DNA of 64,000 nt from Candidatus Latescibacterota bacterium (GTDB lineage: Bacteria > Latescibacterota > UBA2968 > UBA8231): assembly GCA_965248355.1 (NCBI GenBank), contig OZ252098.1, positions 32,001-96,000 on the forward strand. Reading direction: 5' to 3'. The position numbers and the translations under genes were made by a program. The notes under the pieces were generated by a model. It made no database searches. It worked only from the letters and a program-made list of their open reading frames with translations, and was not told the origin of the DNA. Of the stretch, positions 51,993-63,381 are shown in pieces. Each line of letters starts with the position of its first letter. Position 1 is the stretch's first letter.

Positions 51993-52850
51993 TCAGTCCC
52001 AGGGATCGAGGCCGAGGAGCCTGCGGCCCAGTGCCGTGAGCCGGGCCGGCTCCTGGAGCCGGTGCTCCCGGTCGCGCGGGTCCCCCGGCCATCCCGGCGT
52101 CGGGCGGCGCTCCCGCCAGGCCTGGATCCGGGGCCGCGCCCCCTCGGCGTCGCCGGCCGGCGACATGGTGATGTACTGGGCCAGGCGCGGCCGGTCCGAG
52201 CGGTTGTGGCCGTTGCCGTGGGCCAGCAGCCGGTGCCAGATCAGCAGGTCCCCCGCCTGGCCCGGGATGGCCTTCACCGTCAGGCCCCCCAGGTCCGGAC
52301 GCGAGGGGTTGCGGTCCTCCGGCTGCGTCTTCACCCACTCCTCGAACATGCGGTGGAAGCCGGGCACGCACTGGAAGCCGCCCTGGTCCTCGGCCGTGTC
52401 GGTCAGGTAGAGAACCCCCTGCACCCCGAAGGCGATGGGCCGCTTCGAGGTGTCCAGGTCCCAGTGGATCATCCCCTTGTTGTTCCAGCCCGGTCTGTCC
52501 TCCCGCGCCGGCGGCTTCATGTTGGCCCGGTCGAGGGAGACCCACAGCTTCTCGTCGCCCCAGATCTCGGCGAAGGCCTGGTGCACCCTCGGATGCTGCC
52601 GGTTGTCCCAGATCGCCTGGTGCTGGTAGATCTCCACCATGCCGCCGCCCGAGATCGGCGAGCACCGGTCCTCGCGGGTGTACGGATCGTGGCGGTACCA
52701 GTCCTCGGGGTCGTCGCGGTCGATCTCGAGGAACTCCCAAATGGCGTCCACGAGGCGGTCGAGGTTCTCCCGGGGGACGGCGTTGGGCACGACGACGTAG
52801 CCGGTTTGCTCCCAGAAGCGACGATCCTGTTCCGACAAGATTCGCTGCAT
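51993..52850 (-). CDS. Phytanoyl-CoA dioxygenase (PhyH) family protein
   Basis: HWD, QGVLYLTD...GGF..VPG.H and HG...N.S..PR motifs. Confidence 0.92.
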   Translation of the reverse strand: MQRILSEQDRRFWEQTGYVVVPNAVPRENLDRLVDAIWEFLEIDRDDPEDWYRHDPYTREDRCSPISGGGMVEIYQHQAIWDNRQHPRVHQAFAEIWGDEKLWVSLDRANMKPPAREDRPGWNNKGMIHWDLDTSKRPIAFGVQGVLYLTDTAEDQGGFQCVPGFHRMFEEWVKTQPEDRNPSRPDLGGLTVKAIPGQAGDLLIWHRLLAHGNGHNRSDRPRLAQYITMSPAGDAEGARPRIQAWRERRPTPGWPGDPRDREHRLQEPARLTALGRRLLGLDPWD

Positions 52851-53754
52851 CTCATTCTCCGGTCTTGATCTTTTGTTATTTTTCAAGTTCCTCCGGCGGT
52901 GAATTTTCAGAAGCGGAGTTGATCATCAGCCTTGTCCTATCCGGCCGGAGGGATCTTGGTCTCTGTCCACCTCCCTGAGCCGCCGTGTGTTCTCAGAGTC
53001 ATTGACTCTTCCGTCTTCTTCATCTCCACTACCATCTCGCTCATCAAATTCACGAATTCATCCTGTCTGTTCGGAACGCGCTTTCCCAGATCTCGAAGAA
53101 ACTCCTCGCCGTTGAACCTGTAGGCTGTGCAAGCAGAAAGGCACACTAGAACGAGGTGGTTTTCGTTCATCCCATAAGCAATGACATTGCACCATGCCTC
53201 CAAGTCTCCCGGGCAAGCAAGCGCCGCAATCAGGAACGACATGGCCGCCTCTTGCTGTCTGCCGCTCTGCTGGAATGAAGCGCCAAGGTTGAACCATGCG
53301 AGGCCATCCAAGGCATCTGTCTTCAGAGCCGCTCTGCAAGACTCCACGATCTCTGAGGCCTGAAGTCCATTTGGAAACTCCTCAGGGTACCTCGCTCGCC
53401 CCCGGCGTTGAGAGTCGATACCGACCTCCTGACGAATCCAGGTGAGTGCCATCCTTTTCAGTTCCCACTCAAAGTCATCAGTATCTATCGGTGCCTCGAG
53501 GAGTTGCGCAAACTCCTCCTCAGCCCTCTTGTACTCTCCCGAGAACATCAAAGCGTCGGCGTGCAGCAGCTTCGTGAGCCTGTGCTCTTCTAGTGTAAGG
53601 GCTCGGGAGTACGCAGTGACAGCAGCCCGATATCTCTGACCCAGGAAGAGAATACCTCCCACCTCTCGCCAGTAGTAGGTAGTGTACCCCAAATCCTGGA
53701 CAGGTGGCTAAGCGAGACTTTGCGTCCACCGACCCACTGTCCGGAGGGGCTTGG

Positions 53755-54048
53755 ATGACGAGGAAACGCAAGACGCATTCGGCGCAGTTCAAGGCCAAGG
53801 TGGCCTTGGAGGCTCTGCGCGAACGGCAGACAGTCAACGAGCTGGCCCACAAGTTCTCCGTCCACCCCAGCCAGATCCACGGCTGGAAGAAGCAGTTGCT
53901 GGAGCGGCTGCCCGAGGTCTTCCGGGGCCCCGGGACCCGCCGGGCCGACGACGAGGCCGCCTTGGTGCCCGAGCTCTACCAGCAGATCGGGCGGCTGCAG
54001 ATGGAACTGGAGTGGCTTCAAAAAAAACACGAGGCTCTCGGTGGCTGA
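53755..54048 (+). CDS. IS3 transposase OrfA (HTH)
   Basis: [23 protein letters not shown] motif; A8 slippery site near 54020. Confidence 0.9.
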   Translation: MTRKRKTHSAQFKAKVALEALRERQTVNELAHKFSVHPSQIHGWKKQLLERLPEVFRGPGTRRADDEAALVPELYQQIGRLQMELEWLQKKHEALGG

Positions 54049-54868
54049 GCGCCGCGCCCTCATCGAGCCGCACCCCGGCCCGCTGAGCGTGCATCGGCAG
54101 TGCCAACTGCTCGGGCTGGCCCGCTCCAGTTTCTACTACCGCCCGGAGGCGCCGGATCGGCTCACCCTCGACCTGATGAACGCCATCGACCGGATCTACA
54201 CCGAGCACCCGGTCTACGGCGTGCGCCGGATCTGCGCGGCCCTGAGGCGGGACGGCTACCCGGTCAATCCCAAGCGCGTGCACCGCCTGATGAAGGCCCT
54301 GGGCCTGCAGGCGATCTATCCCCGGCCGCGACCGACTACCCCCAACCCTCAGCACCGGGTCTATCCGTATCTGCTGCGAGGGGTGACCGTGAACCGGCCG
54401 GACCAGGTGTGGTGCAGCGACATCACCTATCTGCCGATGCCCTCCGGCTTCGTCTACCTGGTGGCGGTCATGGACTGGTTCAGCCGCTACGTGCTGGCCT
54501 GGCGGGTCTCCAACACCCTCGACGCGGCCTTCTGCCTGGAGGCCCTGGAGGAAGCCCTGAGCCAGGGGCGGCCGGAGATCTTCAACACCGACCAGGGGGC
54601 CCAGTTCACCAGCACCGCCTTCACCGGGCGGGTCGAGGCGGCCGGGGCCCGGGTGAGCATGGACGGCCGCGGCCGGGTGCTGGACAACATCTTCATCGAG
54701 CGGCTGTGGCGCTCCCTGAAGTACGAGGACATCTACCTGAAGGCCTACGACAGCGTCCCCGAGTTGATCGAGGGCGTGGCGGCCTACTTCCGCTTCTACA
54801 ACCTCGAGCGGCCGCACCAGGCCTTCGACTACGAGACCCCCAGCGATGTCTACCACCGGGCGGCCTGA
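54041..54868 (+). CDS. IS3 transposase OrfB (DDE), expressed by -1 frameshift
   Basis: [15 protein letters not shown] and [15 protein letters not shown] motifs. Confidence 0.92.
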   Translation: MAERRALIEPHPGPLSVHRQCQLLGLARSSFYYRPEAPDRLTLDLMNAIDRIYTEHPVYGVRRICAALRRDGYPVNPKRVHRLMKALGLQAIYPRPRPTTPNPQHRVYPYLLRGVTVNRPDQVWCSDITYLPMPSGFVYLVAVMDWFSRYVLAWRVSNTLDAAFCLEALEEALSQGRPEIFNTDQGAQFTSTAFTGRVEAAGARVSMDGRGRVLDNIFIERLWRSLKYEDIYLKAYDSVPELIEGVAAYFRFYNLERPHQAFDYETPSDVYHRAA

Positions 54869-55722
54869 GCGCGGGGGCTCCTCACGGCCTCGGTGGCCCG
54901 GCCTGGGTGCAAGTCCGGGAGGCGGGGCTTCGGTCCCAGCGCCGGGGCGCAGTACGGCTCCATTACATCTCGAGACTCTCGCTTGTACAAGCCCAATTCC
55001 TGTCCAGTTGACGGGGTACACTTCCGTATTCACGCTTTTCGTATTCTGGATCGAGTTGCGCTGCCCTACGATAGGCCCTCAGGGCCTCCCTGAATCGACT
55101 CATACTTCGAAGCAAGTTCCCACGGTTGTACTCCAGGGCTGCGGCCCCTGACTTGTCTCCCTTCGATTCTGCCTTTTCAGAGCACTCTCCGAGCACCCTT
55201 ACACCGAGGTCTTGCACTACAGCAGGCATCTGGGAGCGACGTGCCAGGAGAGGCAACAGAAAAACCTGCGCCGAACCGGTGGATCTGTCATCCTCGAACA
55301 GGAGAGCCGCTACCTCCAATGCCGCGTGCATCTGATTTGCGTTTGCGAGACACTGCGCAGCCATCACTGCTACCTCGGGCTGAGTAGTGAGCCGAGACTG
55401 TAGAAGGAAGGGACCCATGATCTGCGCGGCCTCTACTGCGTGGCCCGTCTGGTTGATTGCCAGAGCGATGGACACAATGATGTCATGGTGAGTCGTTGGA
55501 CCAAGTTCTGCATCAGGCTGCGGCTTAGAGTGCAGGCTGAACCCGTGAGATCCGGCCACTATCACTTCAATCAGTTCAGCTGACAGGTGAATTCGATGCG
55601 GTGAGGTGGAGTCGCCATCAAAGTTGATGATATGCCTCAGATCATGGCAGGACTCCTTAAGCCTCAGCTTGACCTCGAATGGAGGGGACCCATGGAAGTC
55701 GCCATCACACTCAAGGGAAAAT

Positions 55723-57225
55723 GGGTGTAGCCTCGGTTTTACGCAGCCGTCTTGTCGGTCTGTTGTGTAGTCTGATGGAGGTACCAGTTCCAGAAGGCCT
55801 CCCATCGTTGGGATTGCACGTGGACTCGTAGATTGAGGATCTGCTGGCCTCCTTGGCGGGTCCAGCGCATGCCGCTGCGTTTGAGTCGATGGCCGACCAG
55901 GGTCTTGGCGGCGGCCTCCACGGGACCACTGGAGAGGATCAACCCCGAAGCGCGATAGCGCGCGTAGTCCATCTTGTCCCGGTTGTTCCGGAAGTAGCCC
56001 AGCTCGGTGGTCACCTGACGATGGCGTTGGGAGCCGGGACGAAGGTTGCGGCGGTGGTAGGCCAGGGAGCGGATCAGGCCCTGAACGGCCGGGCTCATGA
56101 CGCAGTTTGTGCCGCCAGGATCGGTACCAGCGAGCCGCTTTCGACGACCGCTTGCCGAAGAGGGGCTCGGCGGCCTTTGACAGGTGGTGGGCCGCGTGAT
56201 AGAAGTCGAGAATCCGGGTGAAGCCGTCGAACACCGGCTGCCGATCCACGCTGCGCCAGATCTGGCGCTGGCCGTCGGCCAACACCACCCGGTGGTCATA
56301 CTCCCCCCGCTGCAGGGCCCGGGCCGTCTCCTCCACCAAGCCGTGGACCAGGGTCTTCATCTTGGGCTCCGGCATGCGCGCGGCGTAGCGCACATCGACC
56401 ATCCCTACCCCGGCCTCCTTCCAGGCGGTGGGCGCGCGGTCGGGGTCGGGATCCGTCGGTCGTTCGGCGGGCCGTCCGCGTTTCGGCGCCGGCTCCCGCA
56501 GCGGCACGGTGACGCCGTCCCAACTGACCACCAGGGTGTCGCCCTCGGTCTTTAGGGGCGCCGCCTCCTGCAAGGCCAGCTCGAGTTGCTCGGCGTGGTC
56601 CTCGGCGTACTGACCGACGGTGGTCAACAGATGCTGAATGGCGGTGCGCGACGGGGACGCCGGCAACAGCTCGGCCAAGCTGGCCTCGACTTCGGCCGGG
56701 ACCAGGCGGGCGCCCAGAAAGGCCGTGAAACGCTCCAGCGCCGGCACCATGAATCGGTGGACCATGCCGCAGCGCTCATCCAAGGGCACCCGGCTGGGGC
56801 CGCCCCGATCGGGCTGATACAGCCGACGCGGCACCTGGACCTTGCCCCACAGGGTCATCCATTCCTTGTGGACCACTTGCTTGAACCGGTAGACCCGACC
56901 GTGGTGGATCACGGTGTCGTCGGCGATCTCGCACGCCTGCGCCAGCCGTTGGAAACCGATTCGACCGAGGTCGTCCAAAGCATCTCGCAACTCGCTCACC
57001 CTCTCGCGAAAGTCCTCCGGGCCGGCCTCCGGGGATTGCAGGCGATGCTCCCACTGGAGGACATTTTCCTCGAACTTTGTCAGGCGAGCGTGAAAATCCT
57101 TCGTATCTTCCATCAGGGACCCCTTTCCGGGTTTGGGCGTAAGTCCTTACACCCAAAGATACATTCGTGCCCGGACTTGGGGTCCCCCTTTTATCGACAA
57201 TCTGCGTAAAGTGAAGGCTACACCC
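55723..57225 (-). mobile_element. ISKra4-like (IS256/Mutator superfamily) element with frameshifted transposase (55739-57113)
   Basis: IRs GGGTGTAGCC..TTTACGCAG; perfect 8-bp TSD GGGAAAAT; DG, LDFYHA..HL and SG.VEAA.K..RLKRSGMRW motifs; frameshift near 56090. Confidence 0.88.
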
Positions 57226-57317
57226 GGGAAAATGAGATCGGACCCGGTATCCTTGGTGATCGAATGTCCCGAAAAGCTCTGACATCGCGTTCCATAGACG
57301 TCGGTGTCGCCTCATCC

Positions 57318-59599
57318 GGGCAAGTCCCATTTTCAGTTGAAACGTAGCCCAGGCTCGAGTGGATGAGTCAGCCCGTCATCGCGAGCTGTTTGAGGCCGAG
57401 TTCGGCTTGGAGCGCTTGTCGGAGCATCGGCAGGTGGTGGTAACCGTTGATCCGGCGCAGGCGAGGTTCGATGTCGAGCAACGCCGTGGCGACCCAGCGG
57501 TGACGCTGCGACGAGTTCGTCCAGCGCCGCACGTTGTGCGTCAACTGCTCCAGGAGACTGGAACCTATCTCAAAATTGAAATTGCTTAAGTAAAATCAGG
57601 ATGGAGGCAAGTTGGACGAAGCCAAGAAAATTCTCCGGATACAATTCCCAGCGAGTGATCACTCGACGCTGCCATTGAAGCCAAGCGAAGAATCTCTCCA
57701 CCATCCAACGCCGCACATAGCGACGCAATCGGCGTCCGTCCTGAGTCTTTTTCTTGGTTCGGTTCTGGCGATGGGGAGCGATCATCTCGACCCCTTCTTT
57801 CTTCAGCTCCTCATCTAACGGGTCGCTGTCGTAGGCTTTGTCTCCAATCAAGTTCTTGGGTTTGTCTTCGATCAGGTAGAAGTCAAACGTCAACTGAACC
57901 AGCGTCACTTCATGATGGTTCGCTGCATGCGTGCTCACCGACAAGGGAAGCCCATGGCGGTCCACGATCCCCATGACTCGTACGCCCTTGCCTCGCTTGG
58001 TGTGGCCGATATCGGCACCTCCACCCTTGGCCGCCGAGAACATGCCATCAATGAAAGCTTCCGATTCGTCCAAGTCCCCTTGCTCGTGAAGAGTCTGGGC
58101 CAGGTCCACGAGAACTTCGCGTAACACCCCTTGACGACACCAATTTTGAAAACGGCGATGCACGGTTTTGTAGTTCGGATAGCACTGCGGCAACATATGC
58201 CATTGAGCCCCGGTATTGAGAATCCAAAGCACAGCTTCAAGAACGTCACGGGTGGCAATCGGTTTACGACCCGGATGGCTCCCGGGGCGATGCTCCTCAG
58301 GAAAGTGATGACGGATCCGTTCCCATTGCTGGTCGGTCAGAGTAACCATACAGTAATGGTACATCATCAGCAATCAGAACTCAAGGTTATGTGTAGTGAT
58401 TTTGAGATAGGTTCTGTTGACGTTCTCGATACAGTTGGTGGTACGGAAGGAGGCCTTCAGCATCGGCATCAGGCCCAGGCGGTGGAGCGTGAGGGTTTCT
58501 TGCTGGCCTTCCTCCAAGCTGCGCAGGGCCGACTGGTTCATCAACTGCAACCCCGGTTTCAGCGCCTCCAGGGCGGCTTGGGCCTCCTCGTACGTCGAGT
58601 GCCCATACGCCGCTTCCAGCTTTCGACGAACGCCGCCCTGCTCGCTCTTGGGCAGGTACGAGACCACGTTCTGGCGCTTGTGATACTGGCATCGCTGCAC
58701 GCAGGCATGGCCCTGGAGCACCGACCGCACTGCCTTGTACAGGCCCTTGCCTCCATCGATCACCACGAGCAGCCCGGCCTCGTATTGCAGGCCCCGCTCG
58801 ACCAGCTCCGCCAGGAAGCGACGACAGACGCGCTCGTTCTCGGTCGCCGCCTGCACGAAACCCAGAGGGATCTTGTGTCCTTCCACAGTGACGCCCAGGG
58901 CGATGAGGATTTCCTCGTCGGCAAAGCTCTTGCCGTCCAGAAACAGCGCCACCAGGTCGTAGCCTTCCAGGGATCGCTGCTGGAATTCGGCCAGCTTGCG
59001 CGCCGTGCCTTTCACATACCGGCGAGAGACCGAGGAACGGGACAGACCGAAGGCTTGCGGGACGGTCTCGGCGCAGGCCTCGTAGTTGCGCGTGGCCAGG
59101 CCCTTCAGCACCCGCAACAACAGCCCCTGATCCATCTGCCTCGGCGTCTGCAGGGCCTGGTAGGCCTCCAGCGGGACCTCGGTGCCGCGGACCACATCGC
59201 GCACGCGCGGCACCTCGACCGGCAGTTTCTGATCGCCCAGGTACACCGACCCGGCCTGCGCCCCCCAGCGGCGCAACGGCTGATCCGGCCCCTTGCGCTG
59301 ATACCGAGGTCCGGCCAGGGCCTCCACGCCCCGTCGCAGCTCCTCCCCAACCGCCTGCAGCCCCAGGGGGATCAGCAGCTGGATGATCTCGATGCGAGTC
59401 TCCAGATCGTCCATCGACGCGGTGGCTTGGCGGTTCACGGGGCCGATGGTCACGGTCCGTTTGACGCCCCTTTTCCGTGCTTGTAGCTTGCTCATGGCAG
59501 GCTCCTTGGGTTACCGAATACGAGGCTTCTTGGCGATTTCTCGTATCAAACGTAACGATGGGAGCCTGTGTTATTTCAACTAAGATCGGGACAATGCCC
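57318..59599 (-). mobile_element. IS256-family element (transposase 57368-59495) interrupted by IS5
   Basis: IRs GGGCA..GTCCC..AGTTGAAA..CAGGCTC at both ends; DG, QRCQYHK and RTTNCIE motifs; reading frame resumes after IS5 (ENVN|SLLEQ). Confidence 0.9.
57561..58414 (-). mobile_element. IS5-family element (transposase ~57570-58349) nested in IS256
   Basis: Perfect 16-bp IR GAACCTATCTCAAAAT; 2-bp TG duplication; TG.QW..LP, GDKAYD and Y.RRW.VER motifs. Confidence 0.92.
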
Positions 59600-60076
59600 C
59601 TCATTCCCAGAGGTCTTCTTCGCGAAAGTGCAGAGATGCGCCGGACCTCCCCCTCTTCTCATAGTACGGGTCCCACGAGTGGAACCACCGAGCGTACAGT
59701 TTTTCGGTAAGCGCGTGGAATCGGACAAGTAGTACGGGCTGCCCAAGAGACTCATAGTACCTCAGCTTCGCGAGGGGAAGCCACAGCTTGAGTGCCTTGC
59801 CAAGATCTGGCTCGTCCGTTGCCTTCAACTGGACAAGAAATTTCTCGCCAGTTGCGAGACCTTTCTCATCGAAGATCTCGACCTCAGCGTCGATCCCATA
59901 GTCCTCCGTTAGATCCCGGTAAGCCCATCTAGATGGAACGGCAGCTCGAATGGCTGCGCGAGACTCTGCTTCTAGCTGATGCTGACGAGGGCGCTTTGGC
60001 ATCAGACTCCGTTACACTGCCTCCGCAGGTCGCTGTCGCTCAGAACAGGCACGGAAACATCCTCCCGAAAAGGTGC

Positions 60077-60874
60077 TCAACAAACCCGCAGCCCCGGCGC
60101 ATCCCCCTTGGCGCGCCCGATGCTGGCCAGCGTCGACGTGAGGGTCATGACGCCGCTGACGCCCTTCATGGGATTCTCGCGGCGGATGGAGATCTCCACG
60201 CCGCCGCCCCGGGCCTCCACCTCGATGATGGAGACATCGAGGGCGGGATCGGCGATCAGCACCGAGCGCGTGCGGTCGAAGCCGATGCCGGCCAGGGCCA
60301 GGGCGGCGTGGGAGTTCACGTTGCGGGGGTAGAGGGGGCAGATCTCCCGGGCGGTGCCGTCGAAGAGAATGGTCTCGCCGGTGATCGCGGTCGGGTCGAT
60401 GCCGGGGGCGTCGGAGAAGTCGAGGCTGCGCACCGGCTTCTTCATGACCATGCCCACCTCCTCCCAGGTCTCGCGGCCCTCCTCGATGGCGTCGAGGCCG
60501 ACCACGGCGCCGTGGGGGACGAAGAGGCGGGTGCCCGCCGCGTGCGCCGTCTCGAGGAGGCCGGTCTCCAGCTCGGCGTCGGCGAAGGCGGCCAGAGAGA
60601 GGGGCATGTAGTCGGTGGTCTCGAGGAAGGCCCGCCCGTGGTCGCGGGTGATGTCGGGGTGGGCGACCTCGACGACGAGGTCGGCGCCACGTCCGGCGAA
60701 GGCGCCCAAGTCCTCGAGGATGTGCTCGGCCGGCAGTCCGGCGACCCGGCCGGGGCTGCGGTTGTGGACGAAGGCGATGTCGAGGCCCAGCTCCGGGCGC
60801 GTGGTGATCTGCTCGTACACGTAGGCGCCGATGTAGCCGAAGCCGATGAGGCCGATGCGGGGGCGGTCGCTCAC
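60077..60874 (-). CDS. L-aspartate dehydrogenase-like (NadX/DUF108) protein
   Basis: GFGYIG, VVEVAHP, GAVVGLD, K, G.ARE....P.NVN and ENP motifs. Confidence 0.8.
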   Translation of the reverse strand: MSDRPRIGLIGFGYIGAYVYEQITTRPELGLDIAFVHNRSPGRVAGLPAEHILEDLGAFAGRGADLVVEVAHPDITRDHGRAFLETTDYMPLSLAAFADAELETGLLETAHAAGTRLFVPHGAVVGLDAIEEGRETWEEVGMVMKKPVRSLDFSDAPGIDPTAITGETILFDGTAREICPLYPRNVNSHAALALAGIGFDRTRSVLIADPALDVSIIEVEARGGGVEISIRRENPMKGVSGVMTLTSTLASIGRAKGDAPGLRVC

Positions 60875-62226
60875 GGGGGATCTCCTTTGCGAAGGCGGTG
60901 CTGCAGGGGGTCGCCGAGGCGCCCGGCCAGCGCCTCGGGGGACAGGCGGGTGGTCCGGGCGACCCAGTCGACCTCGTCGGAGAGGGGGGAGTCGAAGATG
61001 CCGGGGTCGTCGGCGCCGATGACGAGGTCCACGCCGGAGTCGAGGAAGCGGTGCACGGGGTGCAGCTCCGGGCGGGGGATGCTGCCGAGGCGCAGGTTGG
61101 AGCTGGGGCAGGACTCGACGACCACGTCCAGGCGGGTCAGCTCGCCGAGGACGAACTCCTGGCGCCGGCGCACCTGCTCGAGGCGGTGGTCGTCGTAGGG
61201 CCGCCGGCGGAGGGCCGAGGGGTCGCGCCCGCGCAGGCTCTCGCGCTCCGCCTCCAGGGCCGCCGGAGCCACCTCCACGCCGGCGTCCTCCAGGCCCCGG
61301 CGGTGGCGCAGGTCGTAGGCGATCTGGTCGAGCCGCTCGGCCACCGACTCCCGCAGGTGGGAGCCGCCCCGCCGCTGCATGGAGGCCTCCGGGTCCAGGC
61401 CCAGGGCGATGCAGTGGCCCAGGCGCTGCGACCCGAGCTCGGCGGCCTCGTGACACCAGCGCACGGCGCTCTCCAGGGACTTGTCGAAGTAGATCTCGCC
61501 CACGTGGTAGAGGACCTCGAGAGCGTCCTGCGGCTCGGCGTCGTTGTCGGCCCGGAGTCGCCGGAAGAGGCCGCGCACGCCCTTGGGGGGGAAGCCCTCT
61601 TCCACGTGGCAGAAGTCGACGCCGGCCACGACCTCGGCCAGTTCCGGCTGGTCGGCCAGGAGCCGCCGCAGCAGACCGTACGCCGGCAGCGGCGAGGAGC
61701 GCGGCAGGGAGGGCACATACCGCGGCTCGAAGCCGCCGCCGCGCATCTGGCGCGTGACCTCGGCGTTGGTCCGGTGGAACTCGACGAAGCCCGGCAGGTC
61801 GCCCGTGCGGCCGAAGTGGGCCCGCATCTCCACGTAGCGCACGCCGCGGCCCCGGTGGTGGTCCAGGGCGCGGCGCATGACCTCCCGGCCGCCGCAGGGA
61901 ACATTCCTCATGTAGTGGCGGCCGATGCAGATCAGCAGGTTGAACTTGGCGCTGAACCGGGCGAAGTCGGGCCCGTCCTCCTCGGTGAAGACGAAGTGCC
62001 GGCGCAGCTCCTCCACGGCGGCGGTGTCACCACCGGCGGCGCGGCGGAACATGGCCTCAGGGTCGGGGCGCCGGCCGTAGGCGGCCTCGAAAGCCTCCAC
62101 GTAGGAGCTCCAGTCGATGAGGCCGGCGCGGCCTCCGACCATCTCGATCAGGTCCTCCACCGAGAGGCAGCCGCCGGCGTGGACGTGCAGCTCGCAGCGC
62201 TTCAGAGGGGCCAGGGGGTCGGCCAT
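60871..62226 (-). CDS. Adenosine-deaminase-like amidohydrolase
   Basis: ELHVH, YVEMR, HVGE, RLGH, ESCPSSN and DDPGIF motifs. Confidence 0.85.
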   Translation of the reverse strand: MADPLAPLKRCELHVHAGGCLSVEDLIEMVGGRAGLIDWSSYVEAFEAAYGRRPDPEAMFRRAAGGDTAAVEELRRHFVFTEEDGPDFARFSAKFNLLICIGRHYMRNVPCGGREVMRRALDHHRGRGVRYVEMRAHFGRTGDLPGFVEFHRTNAEVTRQMRGGGFEPRYVPSLPRSSPLPAYGLLRRLLADQPELAEVVAGVDFCHVEEGFPPKGVRGLFRRLRADNDAEPQDALEVLYHVGEIYFDKSLESAVRWCHEAAELGSQRLGHCIALGLDPEASMQRRGGSHLRESVAERLDQIAYDLRHRRGLEDAGVEVAPAALEAERESLRGRDPSALRRRPYDDHRLEQVRRRQEFVLGELTRLDVVVESCPSSNLRLGSIPRPELHPVHRFLDSGVDLVIGADDPGIFDSPLSDEVDWVARTTRLSPEALAGRLGDPLQHRLRKGDPP

Positions 62227-62301
62227 GGGCGGGAAGATAGGCCGCCGCCGGAACCGGGTCAGGCTGGAGCCGCGGCGCCGCGGGGGATACCTTCAGGCTC
62301 C

Positions 62302-63312
62302 ATGGAATACCGCCGCATGGGCCGCGCCGGCCTCAAGGTCTCCGAGATCTGCCTGGGCACCATGACCTTCGGCCACGGCGCCGACGAGGAGGAGTCGCGC
62401 CGCATCGTGGACCTGGCCGTCGACCGGGGCGTGAACTTCTTCGACACGGCCAACACCTACGCCGGCAGCCTCTCGGAGGAGTACCTCGGCCGCGCCCTGG
62501 AGGGACGGCGCCGCGACCACGTGATCGCCACCAAGTTCTTCAACCCCATGGGACCCGGCCCCAACGACTCGGGCATGTCCCGGGTGCACGTCATGAACGC
62601 CGTGGAGGACAGCCTCCGGCGGCTGCGCACCGACTACGTCGACCTCTGTTACATCCACCACGTGGACGTGCAGACGCCGATGGAGGAGATGCTGCGGGCC
62701 CTGGACGACCTCGTCCGCCAGGGCAAGGTGCGCTACCCCGCGTGCAGCAACTACCCGGCCTGGCGGCTCATGGAGTGTCTGTGGATCAGCGACCACAACG
62801 GCTGGTCCCGCTTCGAGTGCTACCAGCCCCAGTACAGTTTGGTGGTCCGCGACATCGAGCAGGAGCTGATCCCCCTGTGCCTGCACAAGGGGCTCGGCGT
62901 CGTCGTGTGGTCGCCCCTGGGGGGTGGCTTCCTCACCGGCAAGTACCGCCCCGGGGAGCGGGTTGCCTCCGGTACGCGATCGGAGGAGGACTGGGCCTAC
63001 CCGGCCAGCTACTTCGCCGCCAGCGCCGACCGCACGCTGGAGACGCTGCTGGCCGTGGCCGCGGAGCTGGAGCGCACGCCGGCGCAGGTGGCCGTGCGCT
63101 GGGTGCTGGAGCAGCCCGCGATCACCTCGGCGATCTGCGGCGCCCGCAGCGCCGCGCAGCTGGGTGACACCCTGGTCGCTGGCGGATGGCGCCTGCCGGA
63201 GGAGTCCAGGGCCCGGCTGGAAGAGGTGTCGAGGCTGCCGCACCGCTACCCGGAGGCGATGCAGTCGGGGATGCGCGAGCGCCGCGACCAGGCCGTGCGC
63301 ATGCCGGGGTGA
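62302..63312 (+). CDS. Aldo/keto reductase
   Basis: LGTMTFG, FFDTANTY, IATK and WSPLGGGFLTGKY motifs. Confidence 0.95.
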   Translation: MEYRRMGRAGLKVSEICLGTMTFGHGADEEESRRIVDLAVDRGVNFFDTANTYAGSLSEEYLGRALEGRRRDHVIATKFFNPMGPGPNDSGMSRVHVMNAVEDSLRRLRTDYVDLCYIHHVDVQTPMEEMLRALDDLVRQGKVRYPACSNYPAWRLMECLWISDHNGWSRFECYQPQYSLVVRDIEQELIPLCLHKGLGVVVWSPLGGGFLTGKYRPGERVASGTRSEEDWAYPASYFAASADRTLETLLAVAAELERTPAQVAVRWVLEQPAITSAICGARSAAQLGDTLVAGGWRLPEESRARLEEVSRLPHRYPEAMQSGMRERRDQAVRMPG

Positions 63313-63381
63313 GGCTCAGGAGCCGGGCGCTCCGAGCAGGAGCACGACCCCCGAGCCGTTGTCGTCGGCGACCGCCGCTGG

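Larger units (their letters stand above)
53678..55025 (+). mobile_element. IS3-family insertion sequence
   Basis: IRs GGTAGTGTACCCC..CTGGACAGG / CCTGTCCAG..GGGGTACACTTCC; 3-bp GTA target duplication. Confidence 0.9.
52937..60002 (-). pseudogene. DUF4365 (PD-(D/E)XK nuclease-like) + TPR gene split into four pieces by IS insertions
   Basis: Pieces 59601-60002 (DYGIDAEVE..VQLK), 57226-57317, 55026-55714 and 52937-53677. They rejoin in frame at the ISKra4 and IS3 target duplications; the IS256 junction is imperfect. Confidence 0.85.

Noticed and set aside
54963-57113. 716-aa transposase-TPR fusion ORF
   Set aside because: Read-through of a frameshifted ISKra4 transposase across its IR into the interrupted TPR gene.
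59601-59603. TGA after the DUF4365 domain as a recoded (selenocysteine) or natural stop
   Set aside because: It lies at the IS256 junction, and the gene continues at 57317.
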